A program made the translations under genes and the position numbers. This document shows, in pieces, positions 10,935 to 20,409 of a DNA stretch of 64,000 bases (position 1 is its first letter; every line of letters starts with the position of its first letter). The stretch is from the NCBI GenBank assembly GCA_963842525.1, contig CAWJGT010000003.1, positions 1,024,001 through 1,088,000 on the forward strand. The letters are read 5' to 3'. This DNA is from an uncultured Holophagales bacterium. Its GTDB lineage: Bacteria > Acidobacteriota > Thermoanaerobaculia > Multivoradales > UBA5704. Below the pieces are notes generated by a model, which was given only the letters and a program-made list of their open reading frames with translations, had not been told where the DNA came from and ran no database searches.

Positions 10935-12992
10935 CTACTGGTAGTACCCATTGACATCCAGGATGAAGTGCGTGACCCCGGCCGTCGCGTTCTCGACGCC
11001 GAAAGTGCCGGTCCCACTGGTGGACAGCATCAGCGTCGCGTTGTTGGCGATGGTCTGGCCGGCCCGGAAGCTGATCGAGCTCGTACCCAGCGGGAAGGCG
11101 TTGCCGGGATAGAGCGAGAGCAGGCCGGCGGCCGAGGGCGTGGCGACGGTCATGTTGGCCGACAGGGCCTTGGCGCCCGCCGGCACGCCGCAGGCGCCCG
11201 TTGCCGTGAAGGTCCGCTGCTGCCCTGCCGAGAGCACGGGTCCTCCCAAGGGGCCGTTGGCGTTGCGCGTGTCGAGGATGCGGCAGGGGGACAGGGTGTA
11301 GAAGCTCAGCGCCGCAGCGGGCGGAGCATAGAAGTAGGCGTTGGCCTTCGTCGCGTTGGTGGCATCGGTGTTGGTCACCGTCACACCCACGGCGCCGGTC
11401 GATCGGGCAGGCGTGATCGCGGTGATGACCGTGGGGTTGACCACGATGACGCCGCTTGCCGCCGTGCCTCCGAAGGCCACCGTTGCACCGGCCCGGAAGT
11501 TGGTGCCGGTGATCACCACCGGTGTGCCGCCCGCGGTCGTGCCGCTGTTCGGGAGCACCGCGGCGATCGTCGGCGGCCCATCCACGGGGAAGATGCAGGT
11601 GTTGACGCGGCTCTCGATAAGAGGGTTGAGCAGGTCGATCGTCCGCTGGTGGAAGACCTCCGCGGCGGCGCATCCGCCCAGGAGGTGGCAGTAGCTCATC
11701 ACCGTGCCCCGCACGTTGGGGATGCCGCTCATGGTCGCCGGGGCCGGGCAGCTCGTGGGGCCCACGTAGCACTCGCCGCTGAAGCAGGTATCGATCGGCG
11801 GACTGTAGCAATGCGTGTGGTGCGAGCCGAAGTTGTGGCCGATCTCGTGGCCGACCAGGGAGCTGTCGAAGGTGGCCGTGTTGGCCGCGAACGTGAAGAC
11901 CATGCTGAAGCTGTAGCCGCTGGCCGTGCTGCAGAGCACGTTGAGGCTGGCACGCCCCGCGGCCTGGTTGGAGAAGGGGCTCTTGCCGGAGAGCATCATC
12001 ACGAGGGCACGAGCGACCCCGCTGTGATTGGTGGTCCAGTTGCTGGCAAGCTCGCTCAACTGCGCATTGGTGACGAATCCGTTCCCGTCGGGCGGCTGCA
12101 CATACGGATCACTGCCGGTGCGCAGGAACGTGGTGCCCTGGAGGAGGCGGATCTTGAGGTCCCGTTCGTACATCACGTTCATCGAAGCGATCAGGCTCGC
12201 GATGTAGTTGGAAGCCGTCGTCGTGTTGTTCGCGAATTTCACCGACATGAATTCGGTGTCGGTATCGACAGCGAGGGTCGCGGTATGGAGCGAGGTGATC
12301 GCCGCGGCGAAGATGGGCTCGACCGGCTCGTCCGCCGGGGCCTGGGCCTTCTCGGCGAGGAAGGGGAGGATCTCCTGCTGGCCCTGCCCGCAGCCCCAAT
12401 TCGGCTTCTGTCCGGCCTTGGCCAGCTCGTCATGGAAGAACGCGGACGGCGCGATCACGTGCTGGCGGTCGCCCGCGGCAACCTTCTGGACCGCGCTCAG
12501 CGGGCGGAGGTTGTAGACCGCTCCCGCCTTCGAGGCGAAACCCTCGATCTGCCCGCTCTCCGGGTCGAGCGAGAGGAAGGCCCAGGTCTCCTCGTCATCC
12601 TCGGCCTGCCCCCAGTAGAAGGCGAGCTTCGAGCGGGGCACCTCCGCGAGGCGTCCCTCGTCCACGTGCCAGATCCTGGCGTCGGGGGCGTAGACCTCGT
12701 GCCGGGTCAGCAGCACGTCGGCCCGTTCCTCGGGCGCCACCGGCCAGCCGGCGATCCGGACTTCCTGGTCCGGAGCAACGCGCAGCAGGGACGACGGCAG
12801 GTCCGCCCCGAAGGTGACCAGCTCGGCGCGGTCCGGGCTTCCGGCCGCCTCGACCACCTGCCCCTGGACGGCGGAATCGATTCGGATCGGCGTCCGGGCT
12901 TGAGCTGGCGGAGCGGCCCACATCACCGCCGAGGCCAGCAGACCAGCGGAGAAGACACTCACCACTCCGAAGAGTCGACGCAAGCTCTCCAT
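10935..12992 (-). CDS. Secreted M12/reprolysin-like zinc metalloprotease with IPT/TIG and C-terminal PCR..DTR domain
   Basis: Signal peptide; HEIGHNFGSHH zinc motif; Met-turn TVMSY; IPT repeat PNSGTTAGGTPVVITGTNF; RBS GGAGG. Confidence 0.9.
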   Translation of the reverse strand: MESLRRLFGVVSVFSAGLLASAVMWAAPPAQARTPIRIDSAVQGQVVEAAGSPDRAELVTFGADLPSSLLRVAPDQEVRIAGWPVAPEERADVLLTRHEVYAPDARIWHVDEGRLAEVPRSKLAFYWGQAEDDEETWAFLSLDPESGQIEGFASKAGAVYNLRPLSAVQKVAAGDRQHVIAPSAFFHDELAKAGQKPNWGCGQGQQEILPFLAEKAQAPADEPVEPIFAAAITSLHTATLAVDTDTEFMSVKFANNTTTASNYIASLIASMNVMYERDLKIRLLQGTTFLRTGSDPYVQPPDGNGFVTNAQLSELASNWTTNHSGVARALVMMLSGKSPFSNQAAGRASLNVLCSTASGYSFSMVFTFAANTATFDSSLVGHEIGHNFGSHHTHCYSPPIDTCFSGECYVGPTSCPAPATMSGIPNVRGTVMSYCHLLGGCAAAEVFHQRTIDLLNPLIESRVNTCIFPVDGPPTIAAVLPNSGTTAGGTPVVITGTNFRAGATVAFGGTAASGVIVVNPTVITAITPARSTGAVGVTVTNTDATNATKANAYFYAPPAAALSFYTLSPCRILDTRNANGPLGGPVLSAGQQRTFTATGACGVPAGAKALSANMTVATPSAAGLLSLYPGNAFPLGTSSISFRAGQTIANNATLMLSTSGTGTFGVENATAGVTHFILDVNGYYQ

Positions 12993-13064
12993 CAAGGCAC
13001 CTCCTGTGTTGGACCGCTGGCATAGGAGTATATCGCCAATTCTCTATCACGGGAAGGGGGGGTG

Positions 13065-13100
13065 AAAAACGCGGGCCGGCCTCCTGGGAAACCGGCCCGC
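13065..13100 (-). terminator. Intrinsic terminator
   Basis: On the minus strand, stem GCGGGCCGG/CCGGCCCGC followed by GTTTTT, downstream of the 13117..13356 gene. Confidence 0.65.
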
Positions 13101-13116
13101 GGGAAGTGGAAAGCCG

Positions 13117-13356
13117 TCAGATTGCGCGAGCGAGGATGAGGAAGGTCGTGGCAATCAAGGCCAAGGTGCCGGCGACTCCGAAGGCGCCCTCGGAGATTTC
13201 TCCGAGCGTCTTGGTCTGTGGCTGCCGCGACCATCGCGCGTAGGCCTGTCGGCGAAAGGTCGGCGAGATCAAGAAGAACCAACCCGCCGTGGCCGAGGTG
13301 AGGAAGCCGAACAGCAGGCCCATCAACCAGGCGGTGAATTGGATCATGGCGGCCAT
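13117..13356 (-). CDS. Small two-TM membrane protein (79 aa)
   Basis: MAAMIQFTAWLMGLLFGF...; AGGAGG RBS; two hydrophobic segments; followed by a terminator. Confidence 0.6.
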   Translation of the reverse strand: MAAMIQFTAWLMGLLFGFLTSATAGWFFLISPTFRRQAYARWSRQPQTKTLGEISEGAFGVAGTLALIATTFLILARAI

Positions 13357-13400
13357 CTCGCGTCCCTCCTGCCCTCTATACGGTGCCAAGGGCCTCTTTG

Positions 13401-14645
13401 TTACGAACGGACGCGATGTGGCGTTTGCCTCACCACTCCGGCCGCCAGCAGCCCGCTGATCTCCTTCCGTCCCAGGCCCGCCTCCCGCAGGACCTCGACC
13501 GTGTGCTCGCCGAGAGCCGGCGGAGGCAGGGAGGGGAGCGCCCGCTTCCCATCCAGGAGGAAGGGAGCGGCGACCGTGGAGAGGTCGCCGTAGGCCCCGG
13601 GTGGAAGAGGGCGGACCTGGCCGCGGACGCGGGCCTTTTCGACGGATTCTCCGACGCCGGCCACGGGGCCTCCCGGGATGCGGTGCTCGCGCATGGTCCG
13701 TTCCCAATGGTTGATAGGCCGCGTCGAGAAGGTGTCGCCGAGGAGGCGGTCCAGCTCCTCGCGGTTCCTCACCCGGGCCTCGTTGCTGTGGAAGCGGGGA
13801 TCGCTCTCGAGGTCCGGCCGCTCGATCGCCTGGCAAAAGCGGCGCCAGAGGTCCTGGCTGCCGACCCCGACGACGAACCAGCCGTCGCTCGCGCGAAAGG
13901 CCTGGTAGGGGGCGAGGTTCGGATGCCGCGAGCCGAGCGGCGGCGGCTGCCGGCCGTCGGCGAGCCAGGACTGCGCGGCATAGGAGAGGAAGGAGGTCCC
14001 GGCGTCCATCATGGAGACCTCGACCCGCCGGCCGCGGCCGGTTGCGTCGCGGGTCCGCAACGCCGCCAGCAGCCCCGCGAGGCCGTAGAGGGCCGAGAGG
14101 ACGTCGACGACGGCGATCCCCGTCCGCACCGGCTCGCCCTCCCCGAACCCGGTCAGCGACATCAGCCCGGATTCGGCCTGGAGGACCACGTCGTAGGCCG
14201 GGCGGTCGGCGTCGGGACCGGCGGACCCGTAGCCGCTCACCGTGCAGTGGACGAGCCGCGGATGGCGCCGTTGGAGCCGCGAGCTGCGGAACCCGAGCTT
14301 CCGCCACTCTCCGGGCAGGAAGTTCTCGACCAGGACGTCCGCCGTGGCCAGGAGCCGGTGGAAGACGTCCTTTCCCGCCGCGGTCTTGAGGTCCAGGGCA
14401 ATCGATCGCTTGTTCCGGTTGATGGAGAGGAAATAGGCGGAGACGCGCGCCTCCTCCGTCCCTACGAAGGGCGGCCCCCAGGCCCGGGTCTGGTCGCCGC
14501 CGTCGGGCTTTTCGATCTTGACGACGTCCGCTCCCAGATCGCCCAGCAGCATGGCGAGATAGGGACCGGCAAGCACGCGCGAAGCATCGACCACACGGAC
14601 GCCGGCCAGGGGAGCGTTGCGTCTGGATCGGCGGCGTGCGGGCAT
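13401..14645 (-). CDS. CaiB/BaiF family III CoA-transferase
   Basis: PLAGVRVVD..RVLAGPY, LGADVVKIE, NRNKRSIALDLK, PPALGEHT. Confidence 0.93.
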   Translation of the reverse strand: MPARRRSRRNAPLAGVRVVDASRVLAGPYLAMLLGDLGADVVKIEKPDGGDQTRAWGPPFVGTEEARVSAYFLSINRNKRSIALDLKTAAGKDVFHRLLATADVLVENFLPGEWRKLGFRSSRLQRRHPRLVHCTVSGYGSAGPDADRPAYDVVLQAESGLMSLTGFGEGEPVRTGIAVVDVLSALYGLAGLLAALRTRDATGRGRRVEVSMMDAGTSFLSYAAQSWLADGRQPPPLGSRHPNLAPYQAFRASDGWFVVGVGSQDLWRRFCQAIERPDLESDPRFHSNEARVRNREELDRLLGDTFSTRPINHWERTMREHRIPGGPVAGVGESVEKARVRGQVRPLPPGAYGDLSTVAAPFLLDGKRALPSLPPPALGEHTVEVLREAGLGRKEISGLLAAGVVRQTPHRVRS

Positions 14646-14702
14646 GGGACGGGTCCGGATGATACGACGGCGACCGCGGATTAGTGGTAGAAAGGGGTCC
14701 CC

Positions 14703-16103
14703 ATGCACTTGGTCAACGACATCCACTCCGGCCTGAACGAGACGCGGGTGCTCCGCGTGCTGGAGGCGGGCTGCCTGGAGACCGTGGTGCGGATCGTACG
14801 GCAGGCGCGGGCGGAGGGGGTGGCCGTCTCGATCGCCGGGGGCCGGCACGCCATGGGCGGGCAGCAGTTCGGCACCGGTACGATCCTCCTCGACATGAGC
14901 TCCATGCGGCGGATCCTCGATCTGGATCCCGAGCATGGGCTCCTCGAGGTCGAAGCCGGCATCCTCTGGCCGGAGCTGATCAACGGCTGCCTGGCCCTCC
15001 AGGCGTCCCAGAACGGCCGGTCGCCCGTCTGGGGGATCGTCCAGAAGCAGACCGGGGCCGACCGGTTGAGCCTCGGCGGCACCCTGGGCGCCAACGGCCA
15101 CGGCCGCGGCCTGACCCTGCGGCCGTTCGTGGCCGACGTGGAGGCCGTGCGGCTGGTCGACCCCAACGGCGAGGTCCGGCGGTGCAGCCGGACGGAGGAC
15201 CCCGAGCTGTTCTCCCTGGTCGTCGGCGGGTACGGCCTCTTCGGAGTCGTCACCGCCCTCACGCTCCGCCTCGTTCCGCGGCGCAAGCTGGAGCGGGTCG
15301 TCGAGATCAGCCACATGGACGGTCTGGCAGAAGCCTTCGCGGAACGCATCCAGGACGGCTTCCTCTATGGCGATTTCCAGTTCTCGATCGACGACCGGTC
15401 GCCGGGCTTCCTCGACGAAGGGGTCTTCTCCTGCTATCGGCCGGTGGACCCGGGCACGCCGATCCCGGAGGGACAGAAGGAGCTCTCGGACGACGACTGG
15501 CGGGAGCTCCTCTGGCTCGCGCATGCCGACAAGGCCAAGGCCTTCGAACGCTACGCCGCGCACTACCTGGCCACGGACGGCCAGATCTACTGGTCGGACA
15601 CCCACCAGCTCAGCCCGTACTTCGACGGCTATCACGCCGATCTCGACACCCGGCTCGGCCGGCCGCACTCGGCGAGCGAGGTCATCACCGAGATCTACGT
15701 GCCCCGGCCACGGCTCACCGACTTCATGAAGGAGGCGGGGAAGATCCTCCGCCGCCACCATACCGAGGTCATCTACGGCACGGTCCGGCTGATCGAGCGG
15801 GACAACGAGTCCTTCCTCGCCTGGGCGCGCGAGCCGTGGGCCTGCGTGGTCTTCAACCTGTGCACGTCCCATACGCCGGAGGGGACGGCGCGCGCGGCCG
15901 AGGCCTTCCGCCGGCTCATCGACCTGGCCGTCGCCCGCGGCGGCAGCTACTTCCTCACCTATCACCGCTATGCCCGGCGCGACCAGGTCGAAGCCTGCCA
16001 TCCCCGGCTGCGTGAGTTCCTTCGCCGCAAGCTCGAGCGCGATCCCGAAGAGCGGTTCCAGAGCGACTGGTACCGCCATTACCGGGACCTTCTGCGGGGT
16101 TGA
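14703..16103 (+). CDS. FAD-linked oxidoreductase (VAO/PCMH fold)
   Basis: GGRHAMGGQ FAD-linking His motif, SLGGTLGANGHGRG, GGYGLFGVV, C-terminal DPEERFQSDWY. Confidence 0.85.
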   Translation: MHLVNDIHSGLNETRVLRVLEAGCLETVVRIVRQARAEGVAVSIAGGRHAMGGQQFGTGTILLDMSSMRRILDLDPEHGLLEVEAGILWPELINGCLALQASQNGRSPVWGIVQKQTGADRLSLGGTLGANGHGRGLTLRPFVADVEAVRLVDPNGEVRRCSRTEDPELFSLVVGGYGLFGVVTALTLRLVPRRKLERVVEISHMDGLAEAFAERIQDGFLYGDFQFSIDDRSPGFLDEGVFSCYRPVDPGTPIPEGQKELSDDDWRELLWLAHADKAKAFERYAAHYLATDGQIYWSDTHQLSPYFDGYHADLDTRLGRPHSASEVITEIYVPRPRLTDFMKEAGKILRRHHTEVIYGTVRLIERDNESFLAWAREPWACVVFNLCTSHTPEGTARAAEAFRRLIDLAVARGGSYFLTYHRYARRDQVEACHPRLREFLRRKLERDPEERFQSDWYRHYRDLLRG

Positions 16104-16107
16104 GCCC

Positions 16108-17019
16108 GTGCGAGAGCATCGCCCCAGTGCGACGGCGTACCTGATCGCCCGGTCCCTGCTCTTCCTGTCGAGAGACCCGGAGACCGCGCCCCTGAACCCA
16201 CCCGGAACAGCCGAGGCCTGCGGCTGGTTCGTCGATCTCGTGGCGCCGTCCGACGGCCGGTGGGCGCGCCGGGCCGGGGCCAGTCCCATGCTCCGCCGGC
16301 TCGCCTATGCGTCCGAGCGCCTGACGATCCCCGGGATCATGCTGCACTACGCGATCCGCAAACGCTTCCTGGAGGACGCGACCCGCCGGGCCCTGGCTGC
16401 GGGGATCGAGCAGGTCGTGGTCCTCGGCGCGGGGCTCGACACCCTGGCCCTGCGGCTCCACCGCGAATTCCCGGACGTCCTCTTCGTCGAGTGCGATCAT
16501 CCGGCCACGCAGCGGGTCAAGCGCCGGGCCCTGGAGGCGCACGCCCGGACCGGCCCCAACTTCCAGCTCCTGCCGGTGGACCTCGCCCGCCGGAGCCTGG
16601 CGAGCGTAATCGCCTCGCTGCCGGAGTACCGTCAAGGCGCCGACACCCTGCTCTTCGCCGAGGGGCTCACCATGTACCTCCAGGAGCAGGAGATCGACGA
16701 GCTCTTCGCCTTCCTGTGGGACCACGCAGGCGCCGGCAGCCGCTTCGCCTTCACCTTCATGGAGCCCCAGGCGAACGGCAAGGTGGACTTTCCGAGCGCG
16801 ACGCCGCTGGTCCGCCTCTGGCTGCGCCTGGTGGGGGAGCCGTTCACCTGGGGGGTTCAGCGGCAGGACCTTCCCCGGTTCCTCGCCGAGCGCGGCTTTA
16901 CCTTGGAGGATCTGGCCGACGACCAGATCCTGCGCGAGCGTTATCTCGTCCCCGCCGGCCTGGCCGGCCGCCGGTTGGCGGTGGGGGAATATGTCTGCGT
17001 GGCGCGGCGGATGCCGTGA
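16108..17019 (+). CDS. SAM-dependent methyltransferase (LCM/TcmP-like)
   Basis: RKRFLED, QVVVLGAGLDT, ECDHPAT, FAEGLTMYL. Confidence 0.88.
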   Translation: MREHRPSATAYLIARSLLFLSRDPETAPLNPPGTAEACGWFVDLVAPSDGRWARRAGASPMLRRLAYASERLTIPGIMLHYAIRKRFLEDATRRALAAGIEQVVVLGAGLDTLALRLHREFPDVLFVECDHPATQRVKRRALEAHARTGPNFQLLPVDLARRSLASVIASLPEYRQGADTLLFAEGLTMYLQEQEIDELFAFLWDHAGAGSRFAFTFMEPQANGKVDFPSATPLVRLWLRLVGEPFTWGVQRQDLPRFLAERGFTLEDLADDQILRERYLVPAGLAGRRLAVGEYVCVARRMP

Positions 17020-17044
17020 CCCGAATCCTTGAGATGAAGGGGAG

Positions 17045-19492
17045 ATGCATGGCCTGCTGAGCGAGGTCAAGCACGCCTTGCGCGGACTGGTCCGGAGCCG
17101 CACGCTCCTGGTCTCGGGTGTCCTGTGCCTCGCCTTGGGGATCGGGGCCAATGCCACGATGCTCGGGATCCTCGACACCCTTCTCTTCCGCCCTCCCGCC
17201 CACGTCGTGAAGGCGGATTCATTGAAACGGCTTTTCTTCACCGATAGCTTGCCCGGCTTCGGTGAATTCACCTCCGCCTCGACCTCGTATCCCGTCTACG
17301 CCGACCTCCGAAGAGACAACGACGACTTCTCGGCGATGGGGGCCTTCGCCACGACGGACCTTTCCCTTGATCGGGGAGCAGGGGCACGGAAAGTCCGGGT
17401 CGCTCTCGTCACTGCCAGTTTCTTGTCTGCTCTCGGAGTCAAGCCCGTCCAGGGGCGTCTCTTTACCCAGAACGAGGGCGACATCCCGGCTCCCAGTTTT
17501 GTGGCCCTGGCAAGCCACGAGCTCTGGCGCCGTGATTTCGCGGGCGAGAGCTCTCTCCTGGGCAAGGAGCTCAGGCTGGGCCGCGCCCTTTATACGATCG
17601 TTGGGGTGCTCCCCTCCGGCTTTACCGGCGTCGGCCTCGAAGCGGTCGACCTCTGGCTGCCGATCAACGCATTCGATCAGGTCATCGGTCCTGGTTGGAA
17701 CGAGAGCCGAGGCTCGTCCTTCCTGCATGTCGTGGGGCGGCTCCGGCCGGGAGTCGCTGTGGATGTTGCGCAGCGCCGGGCGACCCAGGTGCTCCGGGCG
17801 GGAAGCACGGCGGAGGGTCCCGGTCCCACTGCCCGCGTTTCTCTGCATCCCATCCAGCGCGCCAGGACACCCGGGAGATCTCCTGACGCGCGGATCGCGC
17901 AGTGGATCGCGGGAGTCTCCTTCGTCGTCCTGGCCATCGCAGGCCTCAATGTCGCCAATCTGCTGTTGGTGCGCTGGTCCGAGCGGCGGCGCGAGATCGC
18001 CCTCCGGCTCGCCCTGGGTGCAGGGCGAGCCCGGATCGCGATGTGCGTCCTTGCGGAAAGCGTGGTGCTGACCGCGTTCGGCGGCGCGGCGGCCTTGGCG
18101 GTGGCGATCGCCGGGGGCTCTCTTCTGCGGGCTTTCCTCCTGCCCGAGGGAACCCTTCCGGGAAGCTCTCTGGACCTGCGCCGGCTTGCGCTCTTTGCTC
18201 TGCCGACGCTCGGCGCGGCGCTCCTCTGCGGTGTGGTGCCGGCGCTCTGGGCCAGTCGGACCGATCCGGCGGCCGCCGGCACCTCCGGAGTGGTCCGGGG
18301 CATGGGGCGGGCCCCTTCCCGCCTGCAGATCGTGGTGCTTGCCGGACAGATGGCTCTGACGCTCGTGCTCCTGGTGGCAGCGGGCCTTTTCATCTTCAGC
18401 CTGCGCAACGTGCGCCGGCTCGATCTCGGTCTGGACGTGGGGCAGGTGTTGGTTGCCACGACGGACCTCGAGGGGATGGGACTTCCCGAGGCACGGAGCG
18501 TGTCGGTCTACCGCAGCGCCCTCGACCGCATCCGCAGCGTTCCGGGAGTGGAGCACGCGAGTCTCGCCGCCATGGTTCCCTTCCACTCCAGCTATGCCCC
18601 GGGAATTTCGTTGCCGGGCCGTGGCGAGCTGCCGAGCCTTCCGACCGGTGGCCCCTACCTCAATGCTGTCTCCGAAGACTTCTTCGCGACCGTCGGCATG
18701 TCGGTGCGGCGCGGCCGGGCTCTCCTGGCAACCGATCGCGAAGGCGCGATGCGGGTGGCTGTGGTCAACGAGACCATGGCGGGCCTCCTCTGGCCTGGCG
18801 AGGACCCGCTTGGCAAATGCCTCGGCCTCGGTGGCCCGGAGGCCGCCTGCTCTCTCGTCGTCGGCGTTGTGGAAGACGCCCGCCGGTTGGGGCTGCAAGA
18901 GGGGCGGACGATGCAGCTTTACGTTCCCATTGCGCAGGCTCCTTCGGGCCTGGGCCCCCGGGCTCTCCTCGCCCGGGTGTCCGAAAACGGTCCGGCTCTG
19001 CGAGGCACGCTCCGCCGCGAAGTCCAGGCCCTCGATCCGGAGCTTCCTTTCGTGGACGTCCACAGCCTTGCCGACCTGCTCGAGCCTCAGGTCCGGCCCT
19101 GGCGGCTCGGGATGACGGTCTTTACTCTCTTGAGCTTGCTTGCGCTGGTCCTGGGAGTGGTCGGGATTGGTGCCACGACCCTCTCGGCCATGATCCGAAG
19201 GACCTATGATCTTGCCATTCGAGGGGCGGTTGGAGCCCGGCCGCACCAGATCCTCTGGCTGGTCGTCCGGCAGGGCATTGGGAGCGCGGCCCTCGGAGCC
19301 GGCCTCGGGCTGGCTGCGGTGCTCGTTGCGGGCCGTGCGATCGAGCCGCTCCTCTTCCAGGTCTCGGCGCGAGATCCCGGCATCCTGGCAGGGGCTGTCC
19401 TGGTCCTGATGGCCGCCGCCACCGTGGCGAGCTGTATCCCCGGCTGGCGGGTCCTGCGCCTCGATCTGGCGTCGGTCCTGAGAGCCGAGTGA
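17045..19492 (+). CDS. ADOP family duplicated ABC permease (MacB/FtsX duplication)
   Basis: LALGIGANATM, two MacB_PCD/FtsX units, RRREIALRLALGAGR, ends VLRAE; no adjacent ATPase gene. Confidence 0.9.
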   Translation: MHGLLSEVKHALRGLVRSRTLLVSGVLCLALGIGANATMLGILDTLLFRPPAHVVKADSLKRLFFTDSLPGFGEFTSASTSYPVYADLRRDNDDFSAMGAFATTDLSLDRGAGARKVRVALVTASFLSALGVKPVQGRLFTQNEGDIPAPSFVALASHELWRRDFAGESSLLGKELRLGRALYTIVGVLPSGFTGVGLEAVDLWLPINAFDQVIGPGWNESRGSSFLHVVGRLRPGVAVDVAQRRATQVLRAGSTAEGPGPTARVSLHPIQRARTPGRSPDARIAQWIAGVSFVVLAIAGLNVANLLLVRWSERRREIALRLALGAGRARIAMCVLAESVVLTAFGGAAALAVAIAGGSLLRAFLLPEGTLPGSSLDLRRLALFALPTLGAALLCGVVPALWASRTDPAAAGTSGVVRGMGRAPSRLQIVVLAGQMALTLVLLVAAGLFIFSLRNVRRLDLGLDVGQVLVATTDLEGMGLPEARSVSVYRSALDRIRSVPGVEHASLAAMVPFHSSYAPGISLPGRGELPSLPTGGPYLNAVSEDFFATVGMSVRRGRALLATDREGAMRVAVVNETMAGLLWPGEDPLGKCLGLGGPEAACSLVVGVVEDARRLGLQEGRTMQLYVPIAQAPSGLGPRALLARVSENGPALRGTLRREVQALDPELPFVDVHSLADLLEPQVRPWRLGMTVFTLLSLLALVLGVVGIGATTLSAMIRRTYDLAIRGAVGARPHQILWLVVRQGIGSAALGAGLGLAAVLVAGRAIEPLLFQVSARDPGILAGAVLVLMAAATVASCIPGWRVLRLDLASVLRAE

Positions 19493-19508
19493 CAGCCCGG
19501 CAGGTCCA

Positions 19509-19916
19509 CTATGGGGCCTGGAGGCGAGGGGCGTCGTCCGCCGATTCGTCCCTCAGCGGATCGAGGATCACATCGACTGCCTCTCCGGCCAGGAGAAACA
19601 GCTCGACGGTGAGGACCTCGGCGAGGACGCGGTCGGCGCGTGGCCTCCTGCGGGCTGCGAGGCGGAAGGAACGGAGCATCCGCAGCAGGGGGTCGAGGAG
19701 GTAGCGAGGGACGTCCGTCGCCTCCGCGGTCCGCTCCAAGGCCCAACGCGGGACGGTTCGCTCGCCCCGGTCCCACATCCCCACCTGGCTCGGCAGGAAC
19801 CGGGCTGCCGCGGCGAGCTTCGCCTGCTCCCACCAGCCCCGGAGGTAGCGCATCAGCACCATGGCGAGCCGCGCGTCGGGGTCGTCCTGCGTCCTTTTCT
19901 TCCTGTCTTTCTTCAT
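19509..19916 (-). CDS. XRE-family HTH protein, short paralog of the HTH-TPR regulator N-terminus
   Basis: LRGWWEQAKLAAAARFLPSQVGMWDRGER resembles LGWSQADLAEAAGISANQINDYERGRK of the 21880 gene; AGGAGG RBS. Confidence 0.65.
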   Translation of the reverse strand: MKKDRKKRTQDDPDARLAMVLMRYLRGWWEQAKLAAAARFLPSQVGMWDRGERTVPRWALERTAEATDVPRYLLDPLLRMLRSFRLAARRRPRADRVLAEVLTVELFLLAGEAVDVILDPLRDESADDAPRLQAP

Positions 19917-20056
19917 GTCTCCTCCTGATCCGTGTCGTGGCAGCACGGGAATAGGCGACTTCCACACCGGTTCCGGGTCACCATAGCCCGGAGAGGCTCG
20001 CCCCGCGGTCATTCCGGCCGCGGCCGGGCGGCCTCCCGCGGAAAGGAGCCGGATTC

Positions 20057-20368
20057 ATGCGAATGCTTCGTAGAGCCGTCGTCATCGTCGTCCTGGGGCT
20101 CATCCTTGCGGCACCCTGGGCGTCAGCCGAGCCTGTCTTCAAGGTGACCCGTAGCCAGTCCCTTCTGCCCAGCTTGTGGAGCTTCGTCGCCCGTGTCTGG
20201 AGCGCTGCAGGCTGCTGGATCGACCCACTGGGCCGTTGCTTGGCCGGCCCACAGCCACCTTCCGCGGATGCAGGGTGTGGGATCGACCCCCTGGGCTGCC
20301 CGGCGCAGATCTCCGCGGATGAGGGGTGCATCATCGATCCTTTGGGTGGCTGCGCGCCGGGACAGTAG
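20057..20368 (+). CDS. Secreted precursor-like peptide with three GCxIDPLG(x)C repeats
   Basis: AAGGAG RBS; Sec signal ending ASA; cores GCWIDPLGRC, GCGIDPLGC, GCIIDPLGGC; followed by a terminator. Confidence 0.8.
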   Translation: MRMLRRAVVIVVLGLILAAPWASAEPVFKVTRSQSLLPSLWSFVARVWSAAGCWIDPLGRCLAGPQPPSADAGCGIDPLGCPAQISADEGCIIDPLGGCAPGQ

Positions 20369-20377
20369 CCGCTACAT

Positions 20378-20409
20378 GCCGGAGCCTTCACGGAGGCTCC
20401 GGCTTCTTT
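20378..20409 (+). terminator. Intrinsic terminator after the peptide gene
   Basis: GCCGGAGCCT...AGGCTCCGGC stem then TTCTTT. Confidence 0.7.

Noticed and set aside
13401-16289. 962-aa minus-strand ORF
   Set aside because: Only the 3' 414 aa are CoA-transferase; the rest is the antisense shadow of the FAD oxidase
20057-20368. Lasso peptide or graspetide precursor
   Set aside because: It has a Sec signal, the Gly-to-Asp spacing is too short for a lasso ring, and no cyclase, ATP-grasp or radical SAM gene is nearby
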